Made by a program: the position numbers and the translations under genes. 64,000 bases of DNA, from contig OX597830.1 in the NCBI GenBank assembly GCA_951406725.2, forward strand, positions 39,990,001-40,054,000, in the 5' to 3' direction. A model generated the notes under the pieces. It was not told the origin of the DNA and ran no database searches. It saw only the letters and a list, made by a program, of their open reading frames with translations. Shown here in pieces: positions 1 to 13,623 of the stretch (position 1 is the stretch's first letter; the number at the start of each line of letters is the position of its first letter). The DNA is from Octopus vulgaris (lineage: Eukaryota).

Positions 1-234
1 CTGTCTGGGATCATTGGTTCCACAAGGGAACTCATATTCATAAACAACCCGAATTTTTGATTTGTCCATGGGTTCACAAAAAATTGATTTACCAGAGAAA
101 TCAAACACCATGGATTGCATTTCGAAAAGTGATGATGTAACTCTTCAAATGTTGTAAAACAGAATTATCATTTAAGTTAACAACTATCAAACTTGGTGCA
201 TAAGAAAATCGGACATTTCATTCCTAATGACCTG

Positions 235-237
<3 letters not shown>
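1..237 (-). mobile_element. 5' end of a mariner transposon running off the window edge
   Basis: Minus strand starts TA-TCAGGTCATTAGGAATGAAATGTCCG (mariner-type TIR). ATG at 69 gives MDKSKIRVVYEYEFPCGTN, like a mariner transposase N-terminus. Confidence 0.7.
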
Positions 238-296
<59 letters not shown>

Positions 297-373
297 ACAC
301 ATACATATACAGGGTGTCCCAAAAGTTACTGATGGGTTTCAATTTTTAACAAATTCTTTAACTTTACAAATAT

Positions 374-800
374 AGGCGTAGGAGTGGCTGTGTAGTAAGT
401 AGCTTGCTTACCAACCACATGGTTCTGGGTTCAGTCCCACTGCGTGGTACCTTGGGCAAGTGTCTTCTACTATAGCCTTGGGCCGACCAAAGCCTTGTGA
501 GTGGATTTGGTAGACGGAAACTGAAAGAATCCCGTCGTATATATGTACATATATGTATGTATATATGTATGTGTGTGTATATATTTGTGGGTCTGTGTTT
601 GTCCCCCCAACATCGCTTGACAACCGATGCTGGCGTGTTACGTCTCCGTAACTTAGCGGCTCGGCAAAAGAGACCGATAGAATAAGTACTAGGCTTACAA
701 AGAATAAGTCCTGGGGTCGATTTGCTCGACTAAAGGCGGTGCTCCAGCATGGCCACAGTCAAATGACTGAAACAAGTAAAAAAGTAAAGAGTAAAGAGTA
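374..800 (+). mobile_element. tRNA-derived SINE, family A (octopus-type), full length
   Basis: Head GGCGTAGGAGTGGCTGTGTAGTAAG, B-box GGTTCAGTCCC, internal microsatellite, tail CAAATGACTGAAACAAGTAAAA. Many copies in the window. Confidence 0.85.
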
Positions 801-1119
801 AATAAATGCCTGACATTTTGATACAATATAAAGGACATAATGGAAATTAATGTGCATAAGTCAAATTTTGCAACACCACAACATCACATATGAAAAATGA
901 CATCGTGTAAATGGCTGCCATTTTAGGCTTCGCACGCCTGTGCTCTTTCCAAAACTTGCACCATAAGAGCATCGAGAGTTTCAGATCCCATTTCTCTGAT
1001 TTCACTATCGATGTTCTCCTTAAGTTGCACCAGGGTCTCCGGTTTGTTGAGGTAAACCCTCTCTTTCAGCTATCCATGATTGAGACTTTTTTGTGCCCGG
1101 TCATTCAAAGTAGACCTCA

Positions 1120-1470
1120 CACATCGTTCCAATAAGATGAAGCAACTGCTCATACCGCAAGAGAAGCAATGCAATTGCTGTGACAGTGCTTGGCAGAGAG
1201 AATAATCTCCCGCTACGGCAATGTTAAATGCCCTTCACGTTCCCCAAACTTGACTAGCCTGGATTTTTTTCATGTGGGGATACCTGAAAGAAAGGGTTTA
1301 CGTCAACAAACCAGAGACCTTGGTACAACTTAAGGAGAATATCAAAAGAGAAATCAGGGAAGTGGGGTCTGAAACTCTTGAGGGTGTTATGGTGCAAGTT
1401 TTGGAAACAGCACGGACGTGCGGAGCCTAAAATGGCAGACATTTGAGCGATGTCATTTTTCATATGTGAT
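1120..1470 (+). pseudogene. Degenerate DD41D transposase C-terminal fragment
   Basis: FQ*DEATAHTAREAMQLL...IISRYGNVKCPSRSPNLTSLDFF then (frameshift) WGYLKERVYVNKP. 41 residues between the 2nd and 3rd catalytic Asp positions. Confidence 0.75.
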
Positions 1471-1555
1471 GTAGAGGTGTTGCACAATTTGACTTGTGCA
1501 TATTAATTTCCATTGCGTCCTTTATATTGTTTCAAAATTTCATCCTCTATATGTT

Positions 1556-1624
<69 letters not shown>

Positions 1625-1681
1625 GTGTATGTATATAAATGTATATATTTTATATTTATGTGGTATTTATATATATTAAAT

Positions 1682-1841
1682 AGGAACAGGCGTGGTTATG
1701 TGGCTACGAAGCTTGTGTCCAAACGATGTGTTCTTGGGTTCAGTTCCACTATACGGCAACTTGGGCAAGCGTTGTCTACTATAGCTCCACACCGACCAAA
1801 GTCTTATGAGTGGATCTGGAAGACAGAAACTGTAAGAAAAA

Positions 1842-1846
<5 letters not shown>
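1682..1846 (+). mobile_element. Diverged SINE family A 5' part
   Basis: Similar to 374-540 (GGGTTCAGTTCCACT...TTGGGCAAG...CCGACCAAAG). Confidence 0.7.
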
Positions 1847-1878
<32 letters not shown>

Positions 1879-2332
1879 CATGTATGTATGTATGCATGTT
1901 TGTATGTATATATATGTATGTATGTACGTATGTATTTATACATATGTATATACATATACACATGCACATATAAATACACATATGTATATATATATATACA
2001 TATGAACTGTCACATATACATACATACATGCACATACTCGTGTGTTCGTGTATACGAATGTGCTTCTTGTCAGACATACTCATGTTTCATTCTCGAGATT
2101 ATATACAAAACATAATTACATGGAATTTGCTCTTGAGAGCAAAACAAGCGTACATTCTAAACAACAAAAATGTGAATTTATTTAACCCAACACTAACAAG
2201 TATTGATTTCATTTATCTATTCATTTTTAACGAACTGTCATTTCTAACTTATGCGTGTGTGATGGTGGATGTATGCGTGCATGATCGCGTTCGTGCGTGT
2301 AAGAAATGTTCGTTCGAAGTGAATAGACTATA

Positions 2333-2530
2333 AGACGGAGAATTGGCACGCCGGACGACATGGTTAGCGGTATTTCATCTAGGTTTTTACGTTCCGAGTT
2401 CAAATTCCGCAGGAGTCGACATTGCCTATTATCCTTTCCGGTCCGATAAAACAAGGTACCAGTCAAGTACTGGGGTTGATAGAATTGACTAAAGCCCCTT
2501 CCCGAACATTTCAGGTTTCCTACTTTTAAT
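2333..2530 (+). mobile_element. tRNA-derived SINE, family B, diverged
   Basis: GAGTTCAAATTCCGC B-box followed by a GCCT..ATCCTTTCCGGTCCGATAAA..GTACCAG core shared with other family-B copies. Confidence 0.7.
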
Positions 2531-3055
2531 AAAAATAATAATAACGTCACATAGAAACAAACTATGTATATATATATATATATATCACCCCCCAAAAAAA
2601 CAAAGAAAAGACACAAGAAAAAGAAACAACGCGAGATATATATGCATATCTATCTATATGTGTGTGTGTGTGGGTGTGCGTGTATGTGTATGTATATATG
2701 TATATATGTATATATATATGTGCATGTGTGTGTGTGTCTTCAGAAACATATATATATATATATATATATATGCGTGTGTCTATACACACATATGACGGGT
2801 GATTGTACGCACACACACATATATATATATATATATATTATCTTTTACTCGTTTCAGCTGTGGGGTTTCGGCCTTACCGGTGCAGCACCTTGACTTTTAT
2901 CGCACAAATCGACTTTGTATGTTTCTTTACTTATTATATCGGATTATCTTGACTAACCGCTATGTTACGATCATGTGAACAAACACCGGTTTTCGAGCGT
3001 TGGGTAGGCAAAGACAGAAATACACAGACATGTATGTGGGTATGTATATTACATA

Positions 3056-3252
3056 TACGACGAGGTGCTGAAAAGTTCTTGGCGGAGCAGTTAACTATGA
3101 TTTTTATCAAAATATTCTCTTCTCAGATGCACACACTTATTGCAAGGGTACTTCAGATTTTCAAAACCTTTAAAAGAACTTGGAAGATTGGACGTCCAAC
3201 CAGGCTTTTCGCGACACCCTTAACGCCAGGAACTTTTCAACACCCCTTCGTA
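3056..3252. mobile_element. Mariner-type MITE
   Basis: TIRs GAGGTGCTGAAAAGTTCTTGGC / GCCAGGAACTTTTCAACACCCC flanked by TA. Related ends at ~23685-23907, ~34150-34243, ~44848-45013, ~59455-59652. Confidence 0.7.
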
Positions 3253-3266
3253 TGTATGTATGTATG

Positions 3267-3337
<71 letters not shown>

Positions 3338-3342
<5 letters not shown>

Positions 3343-3537
3343 TTACTTGTCTCAGATATTTGATAGCGGTCATGCTGAGCACCACCTTTAGTTAAACAAA
3401 TCGATGCCAGGACTTATTCTTTGTAAGCCTAATACTTATTTTACCGGATCTTTTTCCGGACCGCTAAATTACGGGGACGTAAACACACCAGCAGCGCTTG
3501 TCAAGCAATGATGAGGGAGCAACCACAGACGCGCGCG

Positions 3538-3591
<54 letters not shown>

Positions 3592-3750
3592 TGCAAATAC
3601 ACGCATACGAGGAGGTCCTGTGTGGCTTCCATCTACCAAATTCGTTCATAAGGTAAACGACTTGGACGTATAGTAAAAGAAACTACCCAAGGTACCGCGC
3701 AGTAGAACTGAATCCGCTACCCGTGGTTGCGAAGAGAACTTCTCTCTGTA
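3338..3750 (-). mobile_element. SINE family A
   Basis: Reverse-complement similarity to 374-800. Confidence 0.75.
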
Positions 3751-3786
3751 TATATAAATATAAAAATGTTGTATATGTAGATATAA

Positions 3787-3876
<90 letters not shown>

Positions 3877-3883
3877 AAGTGTG

Positions 3884-3924
<41 letters not shown>

Positions 3925-3965
3925 GTATATATATATATATATATATATAAATATGTATGTGTGTG

Positions 3966-4028
<63 letters not shown>

Positions 4029-4700
4029 TCATTCTCAGAGATATGGAAAAGTAGATACTAGATTGAAAGATGTTAAGTGACTAATCAACAACCAGTTTTC
4101 CAATATATCGATTCGAAGAAGATGCGTCTCCTCGTACTTAATGTAATTGGCGCCAAAAATATATTCTCGCACCTGTGACACCAATCTGATTTGAAACCCC
4201 TTTGCTCTCCCTCGATAAACATTACTTCAGTACCACGTAGGCGGATGCTTTCTTATCTTCGACTCTTCTTTCTCCGACATCACCAACGACATCAACATCA
4301 TCAACAAGAGCAACTATTGCAGCATATTATACTACTACTGCTACTTTTCGTAGATCGATAATTTCTATGCTTCGTGCAGTAACTGGCTCTTATACATTAA
4401 TTGTATATGACTGCCGTAGAAAGACATATCTGGCTACGTATATATGAGGGCTCACATATTTCACATACATACATACATACATACATACATACATACATAC
4501 ATACATACATACATACATACATACATACATACATACATACATACATACGTATGCTGGAGATAAATGTTGGTGGCGAAAGGCAGAGATAGGCGTGGCTGTG
4601 TAGTAAGAACCGTGCTTGCTTGCTTCCCAACCAAGTAGTTCGAAGTTCAGTCCCACTGTGTAGTACCTTGGGCAAGTGTCTTCTACAGTAGCCTCGGGCC

Positions 4701-4925
4701 GATTTTTTATGTGAGTTCGTGTGTTGAAGCATATTCTGTTGTGTTTGGTGAGTCAAGACTATTGAAAAGGTTGCAAGACGCAACGAAAATTTTAAGAAAA
4801 TAAAAATAAGGAATAAGTGGAAATTTTACCGGTCAGTGTGTTAAATTATAAGGCACAAAAAGAAAATGACTCTCCCCAGGCACAACAGAATATGCTTCAA
4901 CACACAAACTCACATACAGAATCTT
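4701..4925. repeat. Short foldback cassette with a degenerate HHR in the spacer
   Basis: ~4701-4755 is an inverted copy of ~4868-4924. Spacer has TTGAAAA-G-GTTGC-aagac-GCAAC-GAAA-ATTTTA (4762-4795). Confidence 0.6.
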
Positions 4926-4931
4926 GCAAAC

Positions 4932-4965
<34 letters not shown>

Positions 4966-5679
4966 TTTTTAAATTTTATCTAGTTTCAGCTCACGAGCTG
5001 TGGCCATGCTGGGGCACCGCCATATATATATATATATATATATATATTCCTTTTTTAGAATAGTGTATCTCGAAGTACATCAATTAAAACTATGAATAAC
5101 TGTATGTAAATTTTGGGTAGTAAATTATCCAGAAAGTTCTTTCAAAACAATATTTCCATACCATTGTTTATAGCTTTATGTTTTATAGCTTCACTTCGAG
5201 ATTCAATATTCCAAACGAAAAATGTTATTTCATGGTCTCCCGTAAGTTTATAGACAGACAGACGTTAATAGACAGACAGACAGACAGACAGATAGACGGA
5301 TTCAGGTATAGATATATACACATACGTTTATACATATATACACACACATTTACACATTACATATATATATATACTTAAATGCATGCATATATATGTGTGT
5401 ATGTATGTATAAAGATCGTCACATGAGAAAAAGAAAGATGGACGATGGTCATGTGTGAGCAACAAGAGAGAGAAAAAGAGAAAGGGGAGGGAGAGAGAGA
5501 TTGGTAGAAAACGGTGGAGGGGATAAAATGGGAATTAGAGGATGGGGGAAACAGTATAGAGTCGCATCAAAAAGGTTAAGATAAACTTACTTAGAAATGG
5601 ATTCGTGGCATTCAGTTAAATAAAAATATAAATAATATATATATAATATATATAATAATATAAATAATATATATATACA

Positions 5680-5870
5680 CCAACTGTAAACAACATGACG
5701 TACGAAAACAAGCGTGTTAAATACGCAAAAAACGAGAGAAAAAATTGAAAATTGGACAAGTAACACAAAGAACGATACTTCATCAGTTGTCGGCTGTCTA
5801 TCTACTCCCCATTTCGAGCATTCAACGACAATATGAGTCTTCGAAGACATTTGCTCCCATAAATTCCAAA
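5680..5870 (-). mobile_element. Penelope-type terminal repeat fragment
   Basis: Minus strand GCTCGAAA...GACAACTGATGAAG followed by a T-rich tail. Related copy at ~42345-42505. Confidence 0.4.
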
Positions 5871-6819
5871 ATAACACACACACATACACACACACACACA
5901 CACTCACACATACACACACACACACACTTCAGATAGGTTTTGTAATAGTAGTACGGGTACTTTTTCCAAATCCCTTGACTGTTCGGTTAACACCTTCAAC
6001 TGATATTAGATGCATGACTATTCAATATTAGTTGCACTCTCGTCAATTATATTTGCCTCCTATCAACCCCTCCTCTCCTTCTTTTATTCTGTTCAAGAAT
6101 TAACATTATTAACTCTCTGCCTTTCGCTACACAGTTTTAATTAACTAAATTACACCAAAAAATAATAACATACGCTCAGGTCCATTTCTACTTCTTTATT
6201 GTTAGTCAGTTGGTTAAATATCTATCCAAATAATCGATCATTTGATCCCAAGACACATTTTTTCTCAACACACGAATTCACGACAAGAATCTTGCAAAAG
6301 TGAAGTGAAAATATCTCTAACGTGTTACATAGTTTACCGTGTTTCTGACCACTGAAACGTGTTCACTCATTGAATGCATTTGCAAACCTGTACAAGTGAA
6401 AGGGTGAAAAACAAAAAAGGAATTCAAAAAGAATCAACTATAAAGATAGTTTTTAAACTATCGAATGGCTATAAGATCCACCAGAAGAAAATAGTAATCA
6501 AAAGAAATTTATAGATAAAAAAAATGTTTGAGAACCATTAGCGTAGAATTTTATCCTTTCACCTACCACATTACTACACTCCTTTATTAAAGTTACTATC
6601 ATCGTCATCATCGTCACCACTATCATTATCATCATCATCATTATCACCACCATCATCATTATTATTATTATTATTGTTATTATTAGTGCGTGTATCTTAA
6701 TGGTCCTATTAGTATTAGTGCGTTTATAATTATTAGTAGTAGTACTATGTTCATTGAGATAATTAGTACTATGTTTATTGTTGTTGTTGTTGTTGTTGTT
6801 GTTTATGTTGCTGTTGCTT

Positions 6820-7560
6820 TGTTTAATACGAGCTGTTCCAAGTCACACCTTGGCACCTCAAATAACAGCAAGATGAACGCTTTATTTTGGGTGTTATTTA
6901 TGATTAGCACCGATGCATTGTTAGGAAACGTGTCAAGATTCTGAGAACTAAGATTCTGTTAAATTTATAGTATTTCAATTTGGAGTTTTAAGAGAATCAG
7001 ATATCTTTAGTTTGACAATCTTGTTTTTAGGATGTGGGAAAGATCCATGAAAACAATTTTTCTTCTTTCGTGTGGTTTTGATACTTTGGGATTTTTCGGT
7101 ATTTGGTCATAGTGCTTAAGAGTGCCATTTAATATTATCTCCAAAGCTTCTATAATCACACGTACAGTTGTTCTTAGATGCCATATTTTGAAACCTAATT
7201 CAAGGTCTTGTATTTATTTAACTTTTCATATGTTCTTACACTAGTGTTGCAGTTTTCTGGGATTCACATGTTTATGAGCTGACATGGTTTGACAACGTGA
7301 TTTTTCACCACATATATGGTTTATTGGCCCGAAGAGCCTGATCAGTTTGATTACAAAAGTCCCAAAGAAGGGCATTATCTTTATTTTCTATTACTTTAAC
7401 GGGCTTTTCGTCCCACTAGTTCTTTTCCAATAGGAGTCCAAATTTACAGTATGTACTGACCAAGTATACCATGGCGATTAGTATACTCATTTGTGGTCAA
7501 CATAGAACAGCCAGAGATGAGGTGGTCAATTGCTTCTCAAGATATACCCCTAAATGCGGC
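6820..7560 (-). mobile_element. Degraded 3' fragment of an R4/Dong-like RLE LINE
   Basis: Minus strand gives EAIDHLISGCSMLTTNEYTNRH (zinc knuckle/RHN motif) and KVIENKDNALLWDFCNQTDQALRANKP (restriction-like endonuclease). Adjacent to trinucleotide repeats. Confidence 0.8.
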
Positions 7561-8082
7561 TGACAGAACCATCACCATTTTAAAGGATGTTGGCGTAATA
7601 GCTTTTGATGCGCAGAAGTGTGTAGAAGGATAATAAGAAAATGAGATTACAAAGGAAAAAGGAAACGATTGTGCTGTGAACTTTATTAGCTTACAGCCGT
7701 TTATGTTTTGTGGTGGACTTATAGCTGAGTGCCTGAATAACACTCAATCGGACCCTCGAACATATTCAGGAACTCACCTATGAGTCCACTACATCTTATA
7801 GAAAAAACAACTCTAACCTAATGAAGTTCATACCAACCGTTTCTTTTCCTTTGTTATCTCATTATGTGTGTGTGTGTGTGTGTGTGCGTGTGTGTGTGTG
7901 TGTTTGTGTGTGTGTATGTATCTGTGCGTGTGATTTTTAGTAATTTTGAAGGTAGTCGGCACATAAAGTTTTATTTGCAGCCAACGATAACTGCACTTGC
8001 GCGGTGGATTTGAAAAAGTATAATGTATATAGAAGGTACATGTGCTCTCCACTTGCCCCATAATTATATGTTATTAGCAGTC

Positions 8083-8153
8083 CTTGCTGATGAATGGACA
8101 CATATAAACAGATCATTTTATACGTTCATCAATGTCCGAAACCTAGGTACAGG
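8083..8153 (+). ncRNA. Type I hammerhead ribozyme motif (PLE pLTR type)
   Basis: CUUG-CUGAUGA-au-GGACA...UGUCC-GAAAC-CUAG-GUA-CAGG: stems I and II pair, palindromic stem III. Confidence 0.75.
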
Positions 8154-8307
8154 TGGTAACTATTGAAAATGTTTTTTTATTTTTCATCCTCTTCGAAATT
8201 GCTCTTAAGCATGGTTTGGATTTTGACTGTTCCTTCTAGTATGTAAGGTGTCCTGTTAGGAGTCACCTCTTTCGTGCATAAATGTACACTATTTTATTTA
8301 TTTATAA

Positions 8308-8354
<47 letters not shown>

Positions 8355-8420
8355 AAGAAAATGAATATAATAAGAATGGGAAACTCATGGTTTACACTGG
8401 CATATATATATATATAACAC

Positions 8421-8515
8421 AGTATCGAAATCTTATTTCAGGGTAAGTCCCAGGTCGTGTGTCCACGGAGCACGTTCACCACTTATGGCTACTAGGCTTC
8501 TTCATCAGCGATACT
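8421..8515 (-). ncRNA. Hammerhead-like motif
   Basis: AGUAUCG-CUGAUGA-AG...CU-GAAA-UAAGAUUU-CGAUACU: 7-bp stem I, imperfect stem III. Confidence 0.55.
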
Positions 8516-8573
8516 TAGCAAACATCGTTTTAATAATTCCAGGAATTCCAAGATGGACGTTGGGTATAAATTA

Positions 8574-8897
8574 AAGATTAAAAAGAGAAGACGGAATGTA
8601 TCAGCAAAATTCTATATTACCACAACAATTGTTTCGTCTTCAAGATGCACTGTTCCCTGTGGCCGTGGAACGATGCAATAACACCAGCTGCAACTCACAG
8701 TGCATAGAAGACTCCTCAGGTAAGATAATAAGGTTTTAAGTTGGCAGATTTACATGAGTTCTTTCTATGCACTGTGCGTTGCACCTGGTTTTATTGCATC
8801 ATTCCACGCCCACAAGGGAGCAGTGCATCTTGAAGATGAAACAATTGTTGTGGTAAGATAGAATTTTTTTGTCGTACATTCCATCTCTTTTTATCTT
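8574..8897. repeat. Foldback cassette (~140-bp arms) carrying an HHR
   Basis: 8574-8714 is inverted at 8756-8897 and ends in (TA)n. Confidence 0.85.
8617..8723 (-). ncRNA. Hammerhead motif with long stem II
   Basis: UUAC-CUGAGGA-GUCUUC..UGCACUGU...ACAGUGCA..GAAGAC-GAAAC-AAUU-GUU-GUGGUAA. Confidence 0.65.
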
Positions 8898-8902
8898 ATA
8901 TA

Positions 8903-8963
<61 letters not shown>

Positions 8964-9026
8964 ACATACATACACACACACATATATATATACACATATA
9001 CATATATATATAAATATATATATATT

Positions 9027-9330
9027 TGGTGAAATAGAAAGATGAATAATCTTGTTGCAGATTAATCAAAAGTTTAACCGATACCTTGGTAGCAAAAATC
9101 ACAGCAGAAGAAAGCACGGTTGGAGGTACAACCATATGGTGTTGCAACCGTGCGTTAGTGCGGATAATTGAATTTTAATATTATTAGTGAATTGAAGAAA
9201 TGGAGTTGAACGAAGATTGAACAGAAGATTGAACAGAAATCCTTTTATTTCTATAACACGTGTAGAATGCAATAAAAGGATTTCTGTTCAATCTTCGTTC
9301 AACTCCATTTCTTCAATTCACTAATAATAT

Positions 9331-9334
<4 letters not shown>
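9027..9334. repeat. Foldback cassette with one-sided tail; same family as 54053-54400
   Basis: ~9174-9250 inverted at ~9271-9334. 9027-9200 is similar to 54053-54225. Confidence 0.8.
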
Positions 9335-9401
<67 letters not shown>

Positions 9402-9525
9402 ATATATATATATGTAAACAGTAAAAAATAAATACAAATAAATACAGACACAAGAACCACAGGACGGGACATTCGAAGCCCTCAGTCATCAGTCAAGAAC
9501 CAGATCATCTTCGCAATTTCGGCTG

Positions 9526-9572
<47 letters not shown>

Positions 9573-9638
9573 ACATATATATATTTACTTTGGGCAAGGT
9601 CTCGATACAATAAAGAGTATATAGAGACAGACAGACAG

Positions 9639-9672
<34 letters not shown>

Positions 9673-9700
9673 AATCAGACAGACAGACAGACAGACAGAC

Positions 9701-9771
<71 letters not shown>

Positions 9772-10269
9772 CTGGATGGCACATACAAAGATAGAGAGAG
9801 AAGAAAGAGAGAGGGATAGATAAACTTTTGTGCTATTTTGTTTTGTCATTTTTCTTGTCTTTTCGTCAACGAACAGTTTCCGACAAATATAGTTTAATCA
9901 ATGGAATACATTCGCTATTTGAAGAAGTTGAAAATGGCACCATTTACCTGACAACATTCTGTCAGAAAGGCATGTTGTATCTTCAGTGAATACAAGACAT
10001 AAAGAACTCTGTTGCTAATAAAGACTGTCAGGTGGAATATTTCACAACCCACCTCCAGCAATCTACTCTAATTGTCTTCATATGTATTCTCTTTATATGG
10101 AGGTGAGTCAAAGTTTGTGTCTCGCGTAAGAGTGTATGTGTGCGTTTGCGTATGTGTGCGTTTGTGTATGTGTGTGTTTGTGTATGTGTGCGTATGTCAT
10201 ATACTAGCAATAAATGTATATGTTTGCTTGGTTTTGTGTGTGTGCGCGCCGGTATGTTTGTATATTTAC

Positions 10270-10295
10270 ATAACTGTATGTATGCGTGAATGTAC

Positions 10296-10326
<31 letters not shown>

Positions 10327-11112
10327 TGTATGTATGTATGTATGTATGCGTGTGTGTGTGTGTATGTATATATGTACATACATACCTATGTATGCATGTA
10401 TGTATGTGTGTACGTATGAATGCATGTTTGTGTGTATGTATCTATTTATGTATGACTGTATGTATGTATGCATGCATGTATGTATGTATGTATGCATGCA
10501 TGTATGTATGTATGTGTGTATGTATATATGTACATACATACCTATGTATGCATGTATGTATGTATGTATGTACGTATGTATGCATGTTTGTGTGTATGTA
10601 TCTATGTATGTATGACTGTATGTATGTATGTATGTATGTATGTGTGTGTATGTATGTACATACACACCTATGTATGCATGTATGTATGCATGTATGTATG
10701 TACGTATGTATGCATGTTTGTGTGTATGTATCTATGTATGTATGTATGATTGTATGTATCTATGTATGCATGTATGTATGTATGTATGTATGTGTGTGTA
10801 TGTATATATGTACATACATACCTATGTATGCATGTATGTATGTACGTACGTATGCATGTTTGTGTGTATGTATCCATGTATGTATGACTGTATGTATGTA
10901 TGTATGTATGTATGTACATACACACCTATGTATGCATGTATGTATGTATGTATGTACGTATGTATGCATGTTTGTATGTATGTATCTATGTATGTATGTA
11001 TGATTGTATGTATCTATGTATATATGTATGTATGTATGTATGCATGCATGCATGCATGTATTTATGTATGTATGTATGTATGTATGTATGTATGTATGTA
11101 TGTATGTATGTA
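10270..11112. repeat. Higher-order minisatellite built from (TATG)n
   Basis: Marker block GTACATACA(T/C)ACCTATGTATGCATG...GTACGTATG..GCATGTTTG recurs about 5 times at ~110-150 bp spacing. Confidence 0.8.
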
Positions 11113-11381
11113 GGTGTGTATCTGTGTCTTTGTATGTGTGTGTGTGTTTACAAATACGTGTGTGTGTGTGTGTGTTTGGAACGGTGAATCTCGAAACAAA
11201 TAAAGCTGTAAATAATAGCATGTAACTGTGGGGTTAACCACTTTGGTTACAAAAAGTTGAGGGTTAGCTACCCGAAGGACAAGAACCCACGTCTCTTACA
11301 GACAGACAGACAGACAGACAGACAGACGGACAAACGGACGGACAGACAGACAGACGGACAAACGGACGGGCGTACAAGCGA

Positions 11382-11495
<114 letters not shown>

Positions 11496-11890
11496 TTGTG
11501 TGTGTATGTTTGCTTCTGTGTGTGCATTTTTGTAGGAGCAGGCGTGAAAGTTAGTGTATGCGTGTATCCGCGTATTTGTGTATGTCTCTATTTGTACTTT
11601 TGTGTCTATGCGTGGATATATGCGTGAATGTCTTTAATATGAGTGAATGTCTGTATGTTAACGCGAACAACACGCCCATACATACACTCAAAGACATAGT
11701 TATACCCGCCATACATACTGATATACATATGTATGTATGCATACATGGATGTATGTATAACCAGCGATCTGCGTCATGTCTTATAACTGGCATTGTTTTG
11801 GCTTTCGTATCAGACAATGCTTCATACAAACTAGACTACTCTAACATATATATATGGGGGGGTGTAAGATATATATATATATATAGATAG

Positions 11891-11921
<31 letters not shown>

Positions 11922-12054
11922 AATAGAGAGAGAGAAAGAGAGAGTGCGTATATGTGTGTATGTATGTATGTAAGTATGTATGTATGTACGTATGTAAGTA
12001 TGTATGTAAGTATGTATGTAAGTATGTATGTATGTATGTATGTATGTATGTATG

Positions 12055-12088
<34 letters not shown>

Positions 12089-12328
12089 TGTATGTATGTA
12101 TGTATGTATGTATGTATGTATGTATGTATGTATGTATGTATGTATGTATGTATGTATGTATGTGTATGAATGTATGTATGTGTGTATGCATGTATATCCA
12201 TCTAGTGTAATTTAAACCTTCAATTGTGCGACAAATAATCAATATTTAGAATCCGTTTGTATTCCTGTTACGGTATTTATATCATTTCGTCACGAGTCTG
12301 GGGTTTGGCTGGTTCACCGAGCATGTTC

Positions 12329-12552
12329 TTTTATTCCTTTACTTGTTTCAGTCATTTCACTGAGGCCATGCGGGAGCAACGCCTTTAGTCGAACAAATCA
12401 ACCCCAGGACTTATTCTTTGGAAGCCTAGTACTTATTCTATCGGTCTATTTTGCCGAACCGTTATGTTGCGGGGACGTAAACACACCATCATCGGTTGTC
12501 AAGCGATGGTGGGGGGACAAACACAGACACACAAACATACACACGCACACAC

Positions 12553-12605
<53 letters not shown>

Positions 12606-12773
12606 TATATATACGACGGGCTTCTTTCAGTTTCCGTCTACCAAATCTACTCACAAGGCTTTGGTTGGCCCTAGGCTATAGTAGAAGACACTTGCCCAAG
12701 GTGACACGTAGTGGGACTGAACCCGGTACCATGTGGCTGGTAAGCAAGCTACTTACCACACAGCCACTCCTGC
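12329..12773 (-). mobile_element. SINE family A, full length
   Basis: Reverse complement of the 374-800 type from tail to tRNA head. Confidence 0.85.
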
Positions 12774-13187
12774 GAGAAAGTAAACGAAAATACGAGAGAT
12801 GGTTTATAAGATATTTATTTACACAATCTTACGTACATTTCACTAACATTATTAGCAACATAATACAAGTTTCATAATCAAGACTTAAAGTCAAATCGTC
12901 AGAGACATGGAAACTTTATATGTAACGTTAGTGGATTGTATGAATGTTGACCACGCACACGCATACACACACACATACATGTCTGTGCACGTTTGTGCGT
13001 GTGTATGTGGTGAGTAGTCAATATAACAGTAACAATTAATGCATAGGTTTTATATTCATTTCCACTGGGCCCATACTCACATGGCTATGAATTCAGGTGG
13101 CATGTAACTCCAGAACTTATCTCTACGTCTGATTGTGTGTGCGTTTCCTTCAGTGTGGTTACACACGCACGTGTTTATATATATATA

Positions 13188-13327
<140 letters not shown>

Positions 13328-13623
13328 TGAGTGTGTACATACCTGTCTGTTCAAGTATGCATATATTTGAATCCATGTATGTGTCTTTATATATGTGTAT
13401 ATCTCTTGAGATTTACCCCCATAGCAATTAACATAACCTACTTCACATATACCCAAATTTCAACATCGTCAGAGGGCAATAATTCAGAGGCTGGCTATAA
13501 TACGTCACATGCGCGAATGTGCAATTGTCTTTGCCAACATCTTTGTCCAACGGGGCATTTTTCTAAGGGGCAATTGCCCAGTTATTAGCAGGCAATTATT
13601 TGGAGTAAGATGTCCGTGCTACA

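Larger units (their letters stand above)
310..1545. mobile_element. Foldback derivative of a DD41D (rosa-like) Tc1/mariner element, interrupted by a SINE
   Basis: TIR-like CAGGGTGTCCCAAAAGT at 310 after TA. Region ~812-1075 is the reverse complement of ~1278-1543, both arms being the transposase 3' end. Confidence 0.7.

Noticed and set aside
9455-9530. Minus-strand GAAA...CUGAUGA as a hammerhead
   Set aside because: Could not assign consistent stems. Probably a PLE tail fragment only.
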